NCBI GenBank assembly: GCA_964472285.1 | Contig: CAYYJP010000002.1 | Span: 1 to 37,550 of the forward strand | Direction: 5' to 3' | Length of the DNA stretch: 37,550 nucleotides | From: an uncultured Gammaproteobacteria bacterium | GTDB taxonomy: Bacteria > Patescibacteriota > Microgenomatia > Levybacterales > UBA12049 | Program-made: the position numbers and the translations under genes | Shown: piece by piece, positions 19,622-28,605 of the stretch | How positions within the stretch are numbered: position 1 is the first letter of the stretch | Layout: each line of letters starts with the position of its first letter | The notes under the pieces: model-generated | What the model saw: only the letters and a program-made list of their open reading frames with translations | What the model was told of the DNA's origin: nothing | The model's database searches: none

Positions 19622-20971
19622 ATGGAACAAAGAGTTTTAGCCTCAAATGCAAAGGAATATATAGGTAAAAACATCCTAATTCAAGGCTGGGTTAGAATCA
19701 GAAGAGATCATGGGAAGCTAATTTTCCTCGATATTAGGGATAGAAGCGGTATTATTCAAGTTGTAGTTAACCCAAAAGTATCAGAAGAAGCTTACAAAAG
19801 CGCTCAAGAATTAAAACCTGAGTATGTAGTTGGAATTGAAGGTAAGGTTAATGAGAGGCCAGGCGGAGCAGCTAATAAAGATCTTGAGAGCGGTAGCGTT
19901 GAACTTGAAGCAATAAGTATTAAGGTTATAGCTAAAGCTGAAACATTACCTTTTGATATGGGTGGGGAAGACTTAAATCTTGAATTACCAACTTTACTTG
20001 ATCATAGAGCCTTAACCTTGAGACACCCTAAAATCCAGGCTATATTTAAAGTTCAGGCTGTAATTATTGATTCATTTAGAGAATATCTAAAAGGTGAGGA
20101 TTTTATGGAATTTCAGGCTCCTTCAATAGCCCCAGCAGTTGCTGAAGGTGGAGCAGAAGTATTTGAAGTTAGCTACTTTGATCATAAAGCATATCTTTCC
20201 CAAAGCCCCCAGTTATATAAACAGATCGTAATGTCTTCATTTGAGCGTGTTTTTAGTGTAAATAAGATTTTTAGAGCAGAACCAAGCGTAACAACAAGAC
20301 ATTTAGCAGAAGTTGTGTCTTTAGACGCTGAAATGGGTTTTATCAACTCCTGGGAAGATGTTAAAGATATGGCTCAAAATGTTGTTAAATACATCTTAAA
20401 AGAGGTTGAGAAAAAATGTCAAAGAGAATTAAAACTATTTAACTCAAGTTTGCCCGTCATGATTGATAAAACTCCAACCTTTAGTCTTAGAGAAGTTCAA
20501 GAAATGATTTTTAAAAACTCTGGAAGAGATGTCAGAGGATCAAAGGACTTAAATCCTGAGGATGAAAGAGAAATCTGTGCAATTGTAAAGAAAGAAACAG
20601 ACTCAGATTTTGTATTTGTTTATGGATATCCAACAAAAAATAAACCATTTTATGTTTACCCAAACCCTAAAGAGCCTGAGTTTAACGAGGGCATGGATTT
20701 ACTCTGCAGAGGCCTTGAATGGTTATCTGGTGGAAGAAGAGTTAATGATTTTGAGCAACTTATGGATCATGTTAAAGAATGGAAAATGGATCCAAAGAAA
20801 ATCACCATGTTTTTAGAAGCTTTCCGTTATGGAGTCCCACCTGAAGGAGGTTTTGCTTTTGGTGCAGAAAGAATGACAATGCAAATTTTAGAGCTTTCCA
20901 ATATTCGTGAAGCAAGCATGTTCCCACGAGATATGGAAAGAGTTGATGAAAAGTTTTCTTCTTCAAAATAA
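19622..20971 (+). CDS. aspS: Aspartyl-tRNA synthetase, archaeal/eukaryal type (no GAD insertion)
   Basis: An OB-fold N-terminus (ILIQGWVRIRRDHGKLIFLDIRDRSG), class II motifs (FRAE, GGRR), about 449 aa, and no bacterial insertion domain. Confidence 0.9.
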   Translation: MEQRVLASNAKEYIGKNILIQGWVRIRRDHGKLIFLDIRDRSGIIQVVVNPKVSEEAYKSAQELKPEYVVGIEGKVNERPGGAANKDLESGSVELEAISIKVIAKAETLPFDMGGEDLNLELPTLLDHRALTLRHPKIQAIFKVQAVIIDSFREYLKGEDFMEFQAPSIAPAVAEGGAEVFEVSYFDHKAYLSQSPQLYKQIVMSSFERVFSVNKIFRAEPSVTTRHLAEVVSLDAEMGFINSWEDVKDMAQNVVKYILKEVEKKCQRELKLFNSSLPVMIDKTPTFSLREVQEMIFKNSGRDVRGSKDLNPEDEREICAIVKKETDSDFVFVYGYPTKNKPFYVYPNPKEPEFNEGMDLLCRGLEWLSGGRRVNDFEQLMDHVKEWKMDPKKITMFLEAFRYGVPPEGGFAFGAERMTMQILELSNIREASMFPRDMERVDEKFSSSK

Positions 20972-21881
20972 AAGCTTAAAAAAAGTTTATTTTCTGTTGC
21001 CTGTTTTATTATTCACAGGGTTTCTAATTATTTTTATCATAAATATTCTTCTAAAGATTTGGGTACAGGAAAATAGAATATCGTCTTCACCTATTAATAC
21101 ATCAAAAAGTTTTGAATATCCGGTTATAAAAACTCAGTTTGTGCCTAAAATAAGCGCAACGGGTGCAATTATTATGGATGCAGATTCAAAAGTAGTTTTA
21201 TACTCAAAAAACCCTGATATAAGATTTTCTCCTGCTTCCACAACTAAGCTTATGACTGCTTTAACAGCATTAGATATTTTTAACCCTACAGACATCCTAA
21301 CTGTAAAAATTGCAAGTAGAGAAGGATCAATAATTGGTTTGGTTTCAGGGGAAACTCTTTCTTTAGAAAGTTTAATTTATGCAATGCTTCTTCCATCGGC
21401 AAATGACGCTGCTTATACTATTGCTCAAAATTACCCAGCAGGTTATGAAAAGTTTATTGATTTAATGAATTCAAAAGCAAAAGATTTAGAACTATCAAGT
21501 ACTCACTACGGTGATCCTGCGGGACTTATGGATAGTCAAAATTATACTACTCCATTTGATCTTGCAAGACTTGCGTCTTTTGCAGTTTCCAATCCTTTAA
21601 TAAAAGATGTTGTGGCAACCAAACAAAAAGTTATTACAGACACAACCGGAACTTATGTTTATAGAGTAGAAAACTTAAATGAGTTATTAGGAGTAGATGG
21701 GGTAAACGGAGTAAAAACAGGTTATACACAAGAAGCAGGTCAGGTATTAGTTACATCAAAAGTTGAAAAAGGAAAGACTATTATAATAGTAATTATGGGA
21801 AGTGAGAATAGATTTTTAGATACCCAAAAGCTATTAGATTTAGTTCACGACAATCTTAGTTTCCTATCAATTCATCCGTAA
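20946..21881 (+). CDS. D-alanyl-D-alanine carboxypeptidase (S11, DacB-like low-MW PBP)
   Basis: An N-terminal TM helix, then SxxK (ASTTK), SxN (SAND) and KTG (KTGYT). The start is taken at ATG 20946. Confidence 0.85.
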   Translation: MKSFLLQNKSLKKVYFLLPVLLFTGFLIIFIINILLKIWVQENRISSSPINTSKSFEYPVIKTQFVPKISATGAIIMDADSKVVLYSKNPDIRFSPASTTKLMTALTALDIFNPTDILTVKIASREGSIIGLVSGETLSLESLIYAMLLPSANDAAYTIAQNYPAGYEKFIDLMNSKAKDLELSSTHYGDPAGLMDSQNYTTPFDLARLASFAVSNPLIKDVVATKQKVITDTTGTYVYRVENLNELLGVDGVNGVKTGYTQEAGQVLVTSKVEKGKTIIIVIMGSENRFLDTQKLLDLVHDNLSFLSIHP

Positions 21882-22896
21882 TTGCACTTACATAGGCATA
21901 GAAACCGTCGTCTCCTGTAAAGATAATGATTGGATAAACAAATCCTTTCTCTTCTTTACTAATATAATAGGCAAGGTAGGCATCAGTAATTGAGATTTCT
22001 TTATTAGCTCCAAAATATGATGCTATATATGCTTTTTTATCCTTTAACTCTTTAAAAGCTTGCTCAACTGTTTTTAAAGGATATGTTGAAGATATAGTTG
22101 AGACTTCTTGATTCATATATGTTGCTCCAACAACTTCACCATCTGCAGCAATTAAGACGTTTACATTTGCCTGAGTTGGTATCTCGTTAAAAACAGGTAA
22201 ATCATTAATATATTTTTTGAAAAAATTAACCTCAATAATCTTTGTATTAGAAAGACTTGTTGCTTGTTCAAAAGTTCCATCGTTTTTAATAGTAAAAAAA
22301 TTAACTAATGGAGTCTCGAAATCTAGATCAGTTGATTTTGCATCTAAGTTTGATAAATAGTCAGTAGCAAGTTTTACTGCATTTTTCTCATCAGCTATAT
22401 TTCTGCCTGATAGTGCACTTTGATCTTGCAAGAAATTACTTGTAACTTCAAAATCAAAAGTTTCTATATTTAATCTTATTGTTTTAGAAATTTCTCCACC
22501 CGTATTCCAGTCATAGATAGTATCAGAAACTTTAAATGGCCCATTATCAAATCTACCTCCCTTTACTTTTTCCTTTGCTTTATCTAGGGCAAGAAGATCA
22601 GGCGTTGGAGAGACAATTGGGTAAACATTAGTTTGAGTAGCGATTGCAGGTAAAGACCCGGTTAAAGTTTTAATTTTATATGTAAACTCATCTGACACCT
22701 TATTTGGAGGTAAAATTGGTCCAGGTAGTTTTCCAAATAATACTGTTGGAGAAGGAAGTGGGGTTGGATAAAACATTTCCTTAATGATTAGTCCGATTCT
22801 AAAAAGAGCAAAGAAAAGAGTAATTACGATAAGTATAATTACTCCCCATTTTATTATTGCCTTAGTCTCATTACTCGCATTCGTTAAGGTGAACAT
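21856..22896 (-). CDS. Hypothetical membrane-anchored extracytoplasmic protein
   Basis: Taken from internal ATG 22896 (MFTLTNASNETKAIIKWGVIILIVITLFF...). It has one N-terminal TM helix. The longer track ORF would overlap the gltX promoter and start. Confidence 0.55.
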   Translation of the reverse strand: MFTLTNASNETKAIIKWGVIILIVITLFFALFRIGLIIKEMFYPTPLPSPTVLFGKLPGPILPPNKVSDEFTYKIKTLTGSLPAIATQTNVYPIVSPTPDLLALDKAKEKVKGGRFDNGPFKVSDTIYDWNTGGEISKTIRLNIETFDFEVTSNFLQDQSALSGRNIADEKNAVKLATDYLSNLDAKSTDLDFETPLVNFFTIKNDGTFEQATSLSNTKIIEVNFFKKYINDLPVFNEIPTQANVNVLIAADGEVVGATYMNQEVSTISSTYPLKTVEQAFKELKDKKAYIASYFGANKEISITDAYLAYYISKEEKGFVYPIIIFTGDDGFYAYVSAITDELIGN

Positions 22897-22899
22897 ATA

Positions 22900-22928
22900 T
22901 TGAGTATAAGGAAACTTTGAGATACAAT
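22900..22928 (+). promoter_or_regulatory. Promoter TTGAGT-17-TACAAT for gltX
   Basis: TTGAGT at 22900-22905, a 17-nt spacer, then TACAAT at 22923-22928. The ATG is only 7 nt downstream (22936) with no SD. Confidence 0.55.
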
Positions 22929-22935
22929 CAAGCAT

Positions 22936-24165
22936 ATGGTAAAAGTAAGATTTGCGCCTAGTCCTACAGGTATTCAGCATATTGGCGGAATAAGAACTGC
23001 GCTTTTTAATTTTCTGTTTGCTAAGAAAAGCGGTGGTGAGTTTATTTTAAGAATTGAAGATACGGATCAAAAAAGATTGGTTGAGGGTGCAGTGGATGCA
23101 ATACTTGAAATGCTTAAATGGCTTGAGATAGAGCCAACAGGAGAAATAATTTATCAATCAAAAAGACTTGAGTTATATAAAAAATACACCAAAGAACTTC
23201 TTGATAAAAATATTGCCTATGAAAAAGATGGCGCAGTCTATGTAAATGTTCCTGATGAAAAAGCATTTGAATGGATTGATTTAGTTGGAAATAAAAAAAT
23301 AAGTTTTGCTGGAAAAGATATTGAGGATTTTGTAATTTTAAAATCAGACGGATTTCCAACATATCATTTGGCAAATGTAGTAGACGATCATTTAATGGAA
23401 ATAACTCATGTATTTAGAGGAGAAGAATGGGTTTCTTCTACACCAAAACATTTATATCTATATGAAAGCTTTGGGTGGAAAGTTCCAGAGTTTGTACATC
23501 TTCCAGTAATCTTAGGAACTGATAAAACAAAGCTTTCAAAAAGGCATGGTGCAAAATCAGTCTTAGATTACAAAGAAGAGGGTTATCTTAAAGAAACAAT
23601 TTTAAACTATATGGCACTTTTGGGTTGGAATCCTGGGGGAGACAAGGAAAAAATTGATATTTCTGAAATGGTAAGACTTTTTAAGCTTAGCGATATCAAT
23701 AGTGCAAACCCAGTCTTTGATATGACAAAGTTTGAATGGTTAAATGGAGTTTGGATTAGAAGTATTCTAGACTTAGATAAAAGATTAGAAGATTTCTATA
23801 TTCAGGATAAAGAGGTTTTGGATGTTCTTAAGGAAGGTAAGGCAAAAGAAATAGTTAAGGCAGCATCTTCCAGGATGAGGACTCTCTTAGATTTTAAAGC
23901 CTTAGTAAGTAAAAATCCTTCAAGAGAAAAGACAAGTGATGAAGTTGCAATTTCTCAAAAACTTCTTAGCGTCTTAAATGAAAAATTAGGGAATGATTGG
24001 AGTGATGAAAAACTTCTTTTAACAATGAGGCAGTTTAGTAAAGAAAATGATATTTCTTTTAAAGTAATATTTTTCTTAATGACTGGTAAGGAGTCGGGGA
24101 TTGGAATTTTAGAGTTAAATCAAATCTACGGTAAAGAATTTTTTGTTAAAAATCTTCAAACTTAG
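22936..24165 (+). CDS. gltX: Glutamyl-tRNA synthetase (short form, 409 aa)
   Basis: VRFAPSPTG-HIGG (HIGH) and KLSKR (KMSKS), with a class I GluRS core. Confidence 0.85.
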   Translation: MVKVRFAPSPTGIQHIGGIRTALFNFLFAKKSGGEFILRIEDTDQKRLVEGAVDAILEMLKWLEIEPTGEIIYQSKRLELYKKYTKELLDKNIAYEKDGAVYVNVPDEKAFEWIDLVGNKKISFAGKDIEDFVILKSDGFPTYHLANVVDDHLMEITHVFRGEEWVSSTPKHLYLYESFGWKVPEFVHLPVILGTDKTKLSKRHGAKSVLDYKEEGYLKETILNYMALLGWNPGGDKEKIDISEMVRLFKLSDINSANPVFDMTKFEWLNGVWIRSILDLDKRLEDFYIQDKEVLDVLKEGKAKEIVKAASSRMRTLLDFKALVSKNPSREKTSDEVAISQKLLSVLNEKLGNDWSDEKLLLTMRQFSKENDISFKVIFFLMTGKESGIGILELNQIYGKEFFVKNLQT

Positions 24166-25340
24166 AATGCGGATTCTTTCTTAATACCTTTTCTCAAAAT
24201 TTGTGTGGTAAGTAAAAGACATACTAGTGTTGCTATTGCTCCTGCAAGAAAAGGATATCCTATGCCAATTGTGGCAACTAAGCCTCCAACAATAGGACCT
24301 ATGATTGTTCCAATACTCATATATGACGCACTTATTCCCATAATTGATCCTTGTGATTTTTCATCAGTTTCTTTGGATAGTATTGTTTGAATAAGTGGGT
24401 TTATAAAAGAATTAGCAAAACCAAAAAGAACAGAAAGAAGTATGAATACAAATACATTTCTGGTTAAAAACATTCCAAGGTAAGAAATAGCCATTAAGAC
24501 TAAGGAAAATTTAAATGTATTTTTATCTCCTAATATTTTTGTAACTTTGGGTAAGAAAAGTATCTGAGTAATTAATCCTACAACTCCAAATAGAGTAAAT
24601 AATCCAGATATTTCATTTGCTGAAAGATCTAAGGCTTTAATTGAGAAAGGTTGAAAGGCGTATATTAGCATTCCAAATGAGAATGAGTAGATTAACGTGA
24701 TGATTAAGGTTGCTCCAATATTTGGATCTATTGCTGCATGAACTAATTTTGGAAAATCAAATAGTTTGCCTTTTTTAACTTCCCCTAAATGTTTATTTGT
24801 TTCTGGTAGGAAAAGATAGGTTAAGATAACTGCAACTGTTGAAATTACACCTGCAATAATAAATGGAATTGCTGCGTCAATACCAACAGTTAGAGCAGAA
24901 ATTGCAGGTCCAAATATAAATCCAAATCCAAATGATGCACCTATTACTCCAAATCCCTTTGCTCTGTCTTTTGGTTTCGTTGTATCTGAGATTACAGCAG
25001 AAGCAACTGGAATATTTCCAGCTGTTATTCCGTCTAATGCTCTTGCTAAGAATAAGATAATTGCATTTGGAGCAAAAGCTGTCATAAAAAATGATACAGC
25101 TGTTCCTGCAATAGAGATCATTAAAAGAGGTCTTCTTCCATATTTATCTGATAATCTTCCAATTATTGGCGTAGCAAGGAACTGGCAAATAGAAAAAAGA
25201 GAAAATAATAGACCATTTTGAAAATCAGAAAGTCCGAATCTTACTGAATAGGAGTATAGAATAGGAATAATAATTCCATATCCAAGTGCGTTTACAACAG
25301 CAATAAGAGCGATAATAAGTAGGTTTTTATTCTTTAGCAT
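24162..25340 (-). CDS. MFS transporter (TCR/Tet-like drug:H+ antiporter family)
   Basis: About 12 TM helices and motif A GRLSDKYGRRPLL. Confidence 0.85.
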   Translation of the reverse strand: MLKNKNLLIIALIAVVNALGYGIIIPILYSYSVRFGLSDFQNGLLFSLFSICQFLATPIIGRLSDKYGRRPLLMISIAGTAVSFFMTAFAPNAIILFLARALDGITAGNIPVASAVISDTTKPKDRAKGFGVIGASFGFGFIFGPAISALTVGIDAAIPFIIAGVISTVAVILTYLFLPETNKHLGEVKKGKLFDFPKLVHAAIDPNIGATLIITLIYSFSFGMLIYAFQPFSIKALDLSANEISGLFTLFGVVGLITQILFLPKVTKILGDKNTFKFSLVLMAISYLGMFLTRNVFVFILLSVLFGFANSFINPLIQTILSKETDEKSQGSIMGISASYMSIGTIIGPIVGGLVATIGIGYPFLAGAIATLVCLLLTTQILRKGIKKESAF

Positions 25341-25447
25341 GAATTATTATTTTACATTATGTATTCTCCTTTTGAAAAGTATTAATACTATTTGTAAAGT
25401 AAACTAATTAGCTTTTTAGGTTTAGTTTTAGTAAAATTAGCTTACAT

Positions 25448-25518
25448 TGCCGAGTCGTCTAATGGTAGGACTGCAGATTCTGGATCTGCCTATTGGGGTT
25501 CGAATCCCTGCTCGGCAG
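25448..25518 (+). tRNA. tRNA-Gln (anticodon CUG)
   Basis: Hand-folded cloverleaf. Acceptor stem TGCCGAG/CTCGGCA, D arm GTCT-AATGGTA-GGAC, anticodon arm GCAGA-TTCTGGA-TCTGC (U33, CTG, G37), T loop TTCGAAT, discriminator G. The 3' CCA is not encoded (the following bases are CAC). Confidence 0.9.
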
Positions 25519-25615
25519 CACTTTTTCAATATCAGCCTCTTTTGCTACTTTTTGGTGCAATGGCTTTTTAGGCGTTTATAGTATATTTTAAGGGTTGGGA
25601 GTATAATAATTAATA

Positions 25616-26914
25616 ATGGCAGATGAGTACAATTCTCAATTAATCGCAAGGCTTTATTCGGCTACGAAAGCAGAAGATATAGAGCACGTACTTGATGAAA
25701 TGGCCGAAATTGGAAACGCGGTTTTCATATATCCACTATATGAAGCTTGGAAAAAAAATAATAGACCCGGTATATTTTTTTCTCATTATTTTATTAGTAC
25801 CTTAATAAGAATAAATTCAGAGGAGGTATTAAAGGTTAGTTTAAAAATTTGGGCAGACGCAATCAGCACTAAAGATAAGATTTGGTGTTATCCTATTTTT
25901 GAAAAATATAATTATGAGGGCCCAGAAATAATTGAATACGCTCAGAATTTAGTAGTACAGCATTTAAATCAAGAAGAAAGTCTAACTTCGTACAATATAG
26001 TTGATTTATTAGAATATCTAAAAAAATATAAGAAGATAGATGACATAGCCATAGCTTTAAGAAGTATTTTAATTAACAAAGCATTTGAATTCGATCTACG
26101 TAGGAATATAATCAAATATTTGTGGGAAAATAATCCAAAAGTGGAAATAAAGTTTTTTGTTGATAATTATATTAGTTATGAAGATGATGATGATTTAAGT
26201 TTAATTTTAGCTAAAACCATAATTAGATGGAAAGGTCCACTGATAGACGTTTTAAAAGAAATAATGAAAGTACACGGTAGTACAAGAGCGAAAGAAATAC
26301 TTAAAGATGAAGAGGCCAAGAAGGTAAAAGAAGATAAGGGAGATAAAGAGAAAGATATTTTGAAATATCCAAATATAAGTTTAGTAATGGAAATTTCAAA
26401 GCTTAGAAATGATATTAATACAATTTCATTGTCAAATAAATCCTTGGAAATAAAATTATTTGATGAAAATGAATCACTTATTAGCCAACAAGAAATTGCA
26501 CTTTCTGAAGATAGTTTTGTAAATAAGTGTACTAGCTTTCGCACGCAATTTACTTCCATAAATTCTTTGACAAAAAACCACGGACTTAATGAAATAGAGA
26601 TGAAAAAACTATTACCCAATATTGATAATGCAAGTTATACAAAACCCATAAATAATCTTTATTTTTTCCTTAAAACAAAAGGGGTTCAAATTGAATCTGA
26701 TGTATTTGGATTGAGAGAAATGAATCAAATTGTTAATCTGTTCACGCATCCAGATCAGAAAAAAGCACTAGTTAAAGCTTTAAACGAAAATAAATTAATA
26801 GATCTTTATATAAAGAAGGAATGGGGAGATCTTCATAAGCGTCTATTGGAGGATTACAAAAAAAGCTTAATAAAGATGTATGAAAGTATCTCTAAAAAAG
26901 CAAGTTCGTCATAA
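25616..26914 (+). CDS. Orphan 432-aa protein, apparently all-helical with a Lys/Glu/Asp-rich central linker
   Basis: Long clean ORF. A TATAAT box at 25602-25607 lies 8 nt before the ATG. No catalytic motif or family recognised. Confidence 0.6.
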   Translation: MADEYNSQLIARLYSATKAEDIEHVLDEMAEIGNAVFIYPLYEAWKKNNRPGIFFSHYFISTLIRINSEEVLKVSLKIWADAISTKDKIWCYPIFEKYNYEGPEIIEYAQNLVVQHLNQEESLTSYNIVDLLEYLKKYKKIDDIAIALRSILINKAFEFDLRRNIIKYLWENNPKVEIKFFVDNYISYEDDDDLSLILAKTIIRWKGPLIDVLKEIMKVHGSTRAKEILKDEEAKKVKEDKGDKEKDILKYPNISLVMEISKLRNDINTISLSNKSLEIKLFDENESLISQQEIALSEDSFVNKCTSFRTQFTSINSLTKNHGLNEIEMKKLLPNIDNASYTKPINNLYFFLKTKGVQIESDVFGLREMNQIVNLFTHPDQKKALVKALNENKLIDLYIKKEWGDLHKRLLEDYKKSLIKMYESISKKASSS

Positions 26915-27071
26915 TCCATTTAATATAAACTTTGAGGCAATGTTGTAAAATTAGAATAATAAGTTCCAACTTCGTACAATAGAGACAGCAGATACGGATT
27001 ATAACCCTAAAGCTATAATTTAGCTACATAACCTTCCAAAATTTTATTAATAGAGCTATAATAGTTTAAAT

Positions 27072-27410
27072 ATGATAATTACAAAATCTGAACCTTTTAC
27101 AAAAGAAGAAATAGAAAAATTAAAAGAATTATTTGATGTTTATATAAAAACGGTTATAGATGTTGAAAGAAAAATATGTTCGGCTGGGGCTGATAGGCAT
27201 TTTGAATCCGAAAAAGTTTTATTAGAAGATGGTTCTATGCAATCGAATCTTTGGGGTGGAGGAATTGACATTGAGGCAAAAATTATAGATTGTAATTCAT
27301 TTATAAATGTTAGGCCTATAGACAAAAATACCAGTAATGAAATTCAAGATCCAAATTTAAGGAAAAAATTCGAAGATGTAACTAAATATTTTTTTGAGAA
27401 AGTCATATGA
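27072..27410 (+). CDS. Hypothetical 112-aa protein (possibly DUF5674-like)
   Basis: A TATAAT box at 27057-27062 lies 9 nt before the ATG. The sequence (..CSAGADRHFESEKVLLEDGS.QSNLWGGGI..) resembles what I remember of DUF5674, but this is not verified. Confidence 0.55.
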   Translation: MIITKSEPFTKEEIEKLKELFDVYIKTVIDVERKICSAGADRHFESEKVLLEDGSMQSNLWGGGIDIEAKIIDCNSFINVRPIDKNTSNEIQDPNLRKKFEDVTKYFFEKVI

Positions 27411-27670
27411 AAAACAAACAGATTTTAGGAGCCCTTGCATTGGATTTAAAAAGAGTAGCTCTTGGATATTATAGGGGATCCAATGTTATGGCAGATAAAT
27501 TTTATCTGGAGGCTTTAAAAAGAAGAAACGAATTAGATAATAAGAATTTAAAACCATATCTTATTATTTATTTAAATAAATTAGATAAGCTTGCCAAGGA
27601 AGAAAAGCATAGAGCTGCTGAAGACGCACTTTTATATAGCACTATTTTTCAAAACGCTGCGATTTCATAA
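27407..27670 (+). CDS. Hypothetical 87-aa helical protein, translationally coupled to the upstream gene
   Basis: ATGA start/stop overlap at 27407-27410. No family recognised. Confidence 0.5.
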   Translation: MKNKQILGALALDLKRVALGYYRGSNVMADKFYLEALKRRNELDNKNLKPYLIIYLNKLDKLAKEEKHRAAEDALLYSTIFQNAAIS

Positions 27671-27694
27671 CCGCTATAAAGACTAAATAGATCT

Positions 27695-27724
27695 TGATCG
27701 ACATGCTCAGCGATCACCTTTTTT
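27695..27724 (+). terminator. Weak intrinsic terminator candidate
   Basis: TGATCG (27695-27700), a 10-nt loop, CGATCA (27711-27716), then CC and a T6 run. Confidence 0.35.
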
Positions 27725-27751
27725 AGCCTCATTTTTATATAATATAAATCA

Positions 27752-27847
27752 ATGAAAAACGTAATTATTATTCATGACTATGGAGGAATACCCGAATCAT
27801 ATTGGTATCCATACCTTAAAAAAGAACAGAAGATTTTTATATTTTAA
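27752..27847 (+). pseudogene. N-terminal remnant (31 codons) of an alpha/beta serine hydrolase (YdeN/RBBP9-like)
   Basis: MKNVIIIHDYGGIPESYWYPYLKKEQKIFIF* matches the conserved N-terminus (IIIHG.GG.PE..W.PWLKKEL) and then stops. A TATAAT box at 27738-27743 lies 8 nt upstream. Confidence 0.45.
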
Positions 27848-27871
27848 CCGTTTCCAAGTTTTTATTATTGA

Positions 27872-28153
27872 TTATATCAACAATCTATAAATATTGTCCC
27901 AGAGAACAATTAAGCTAAATACTCCAAAGAAAATAAAAATAATTCCAATAATAATCTTTCGCATCAACCCAGCTCGGAAAACTATTGGTAGGCTTTTATT
28001 ATTGAGCCAGAAGACTAGTGCAATATGTACAAACATTGCGAAAGCATTAATTACTGCGCCTAAGATTATCAAGGTCTTAGGTTCATAGATGTTAAATAAA
28101 AATAATATTATCCCAAAAGCAATTTGTGCCCAAACAAATGAATAGTATATTTT
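27872..28153 (-). pseudogene. C-terminal remnant of an Nramp/MntH-like metal transporter, fused in frame to the GDH remnant
   Basis: The last ~90 aa of the 152-aa ORF (..PKTLIILGAVINAFAMFVHIALVFWLNNKSLPIVFRAGLMRKIIIGIIFIFFGVFSLIVLW..) resemble the final two TM helices of Nramp-family proteins. The rest of a transporter is absent. Confidence 0.4.
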
Positions 28154-28216
28154 AGAAAGATTAATTTTTCTTCTTTCCTGATTATCTAGTTTCTTGATGG
28201 CAAAATTTTCTGCCAT

Positions 28217-28530
28217 TATACGAGAGGTAGAATTTATTATTCTTTCTAAAGCAAGTATATAAGCATCCTCTCTTAGGTTACATTTATATTTTTCTGATAT
28301 TTTAAATACTTGGCTTGTTGCATTCTTCATTTTTCATTTAATTTACTAAATACTTTTTCTTTGCTCCATTTCTCATTATGTATATTTTGGTACCATTCAA
28401 AGTAGCTTATTGCAATTCCACCAGAGTTTGCCAAAATATCTGGAATAATCAAATACATTTTTTCACTAAGTATTTTGTCAGCCTCTTGGGTTATTGAACC
28501 ATTGGCCATTTCTAATATTATTTTTCCCAT
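28217..28530 (-). pseudogene. C-terminal ~100-codon remnant of glutamate dehydrogenase, split by a frameshift
   Basis: ANGSITQEADKILSEKMYLIIPDILANSGGIAISYFEWYQN... continues in another frame as ...LREDAYILALERI, the end of Glu/Leu/Phe/Val dehydrogenases. The frames switch in an A5 run at about 28327-28335. The N-terminal ~300 codons are missing. Confidence 0.6.
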
Positions 28531-28567
28531 AACTCATATTGTATTACTTAATTTCAAGTACCTATGG

Positions 28568-28597
28568 TTGACTATAAAATGACTTATAGTATATAAT
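28568..28597 (+). promoter_or_regulatory. Promoter TTGACT-18-TATAAT
   Basis: TTGACT at 28568-28573 and TATAAT at 28592-28597. The ATG at 28606 is 8 nt downstream with no SD. Confidence 0.5.
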
Positions 28598-28605
28598 TAT
28601 CACTT

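Noticed and set aside
25984-26981. A 14-nt exact repeat AACTTCGTACAATA at 25984-25997 (inside the 432-aa gene) and 26968-26981 (in the spacer after it).
   Set aside because: A single 14-mer match is about what chance predicts for a 37.5-kb AT-rich window on a rough estimate. There is no extended similarity around it.
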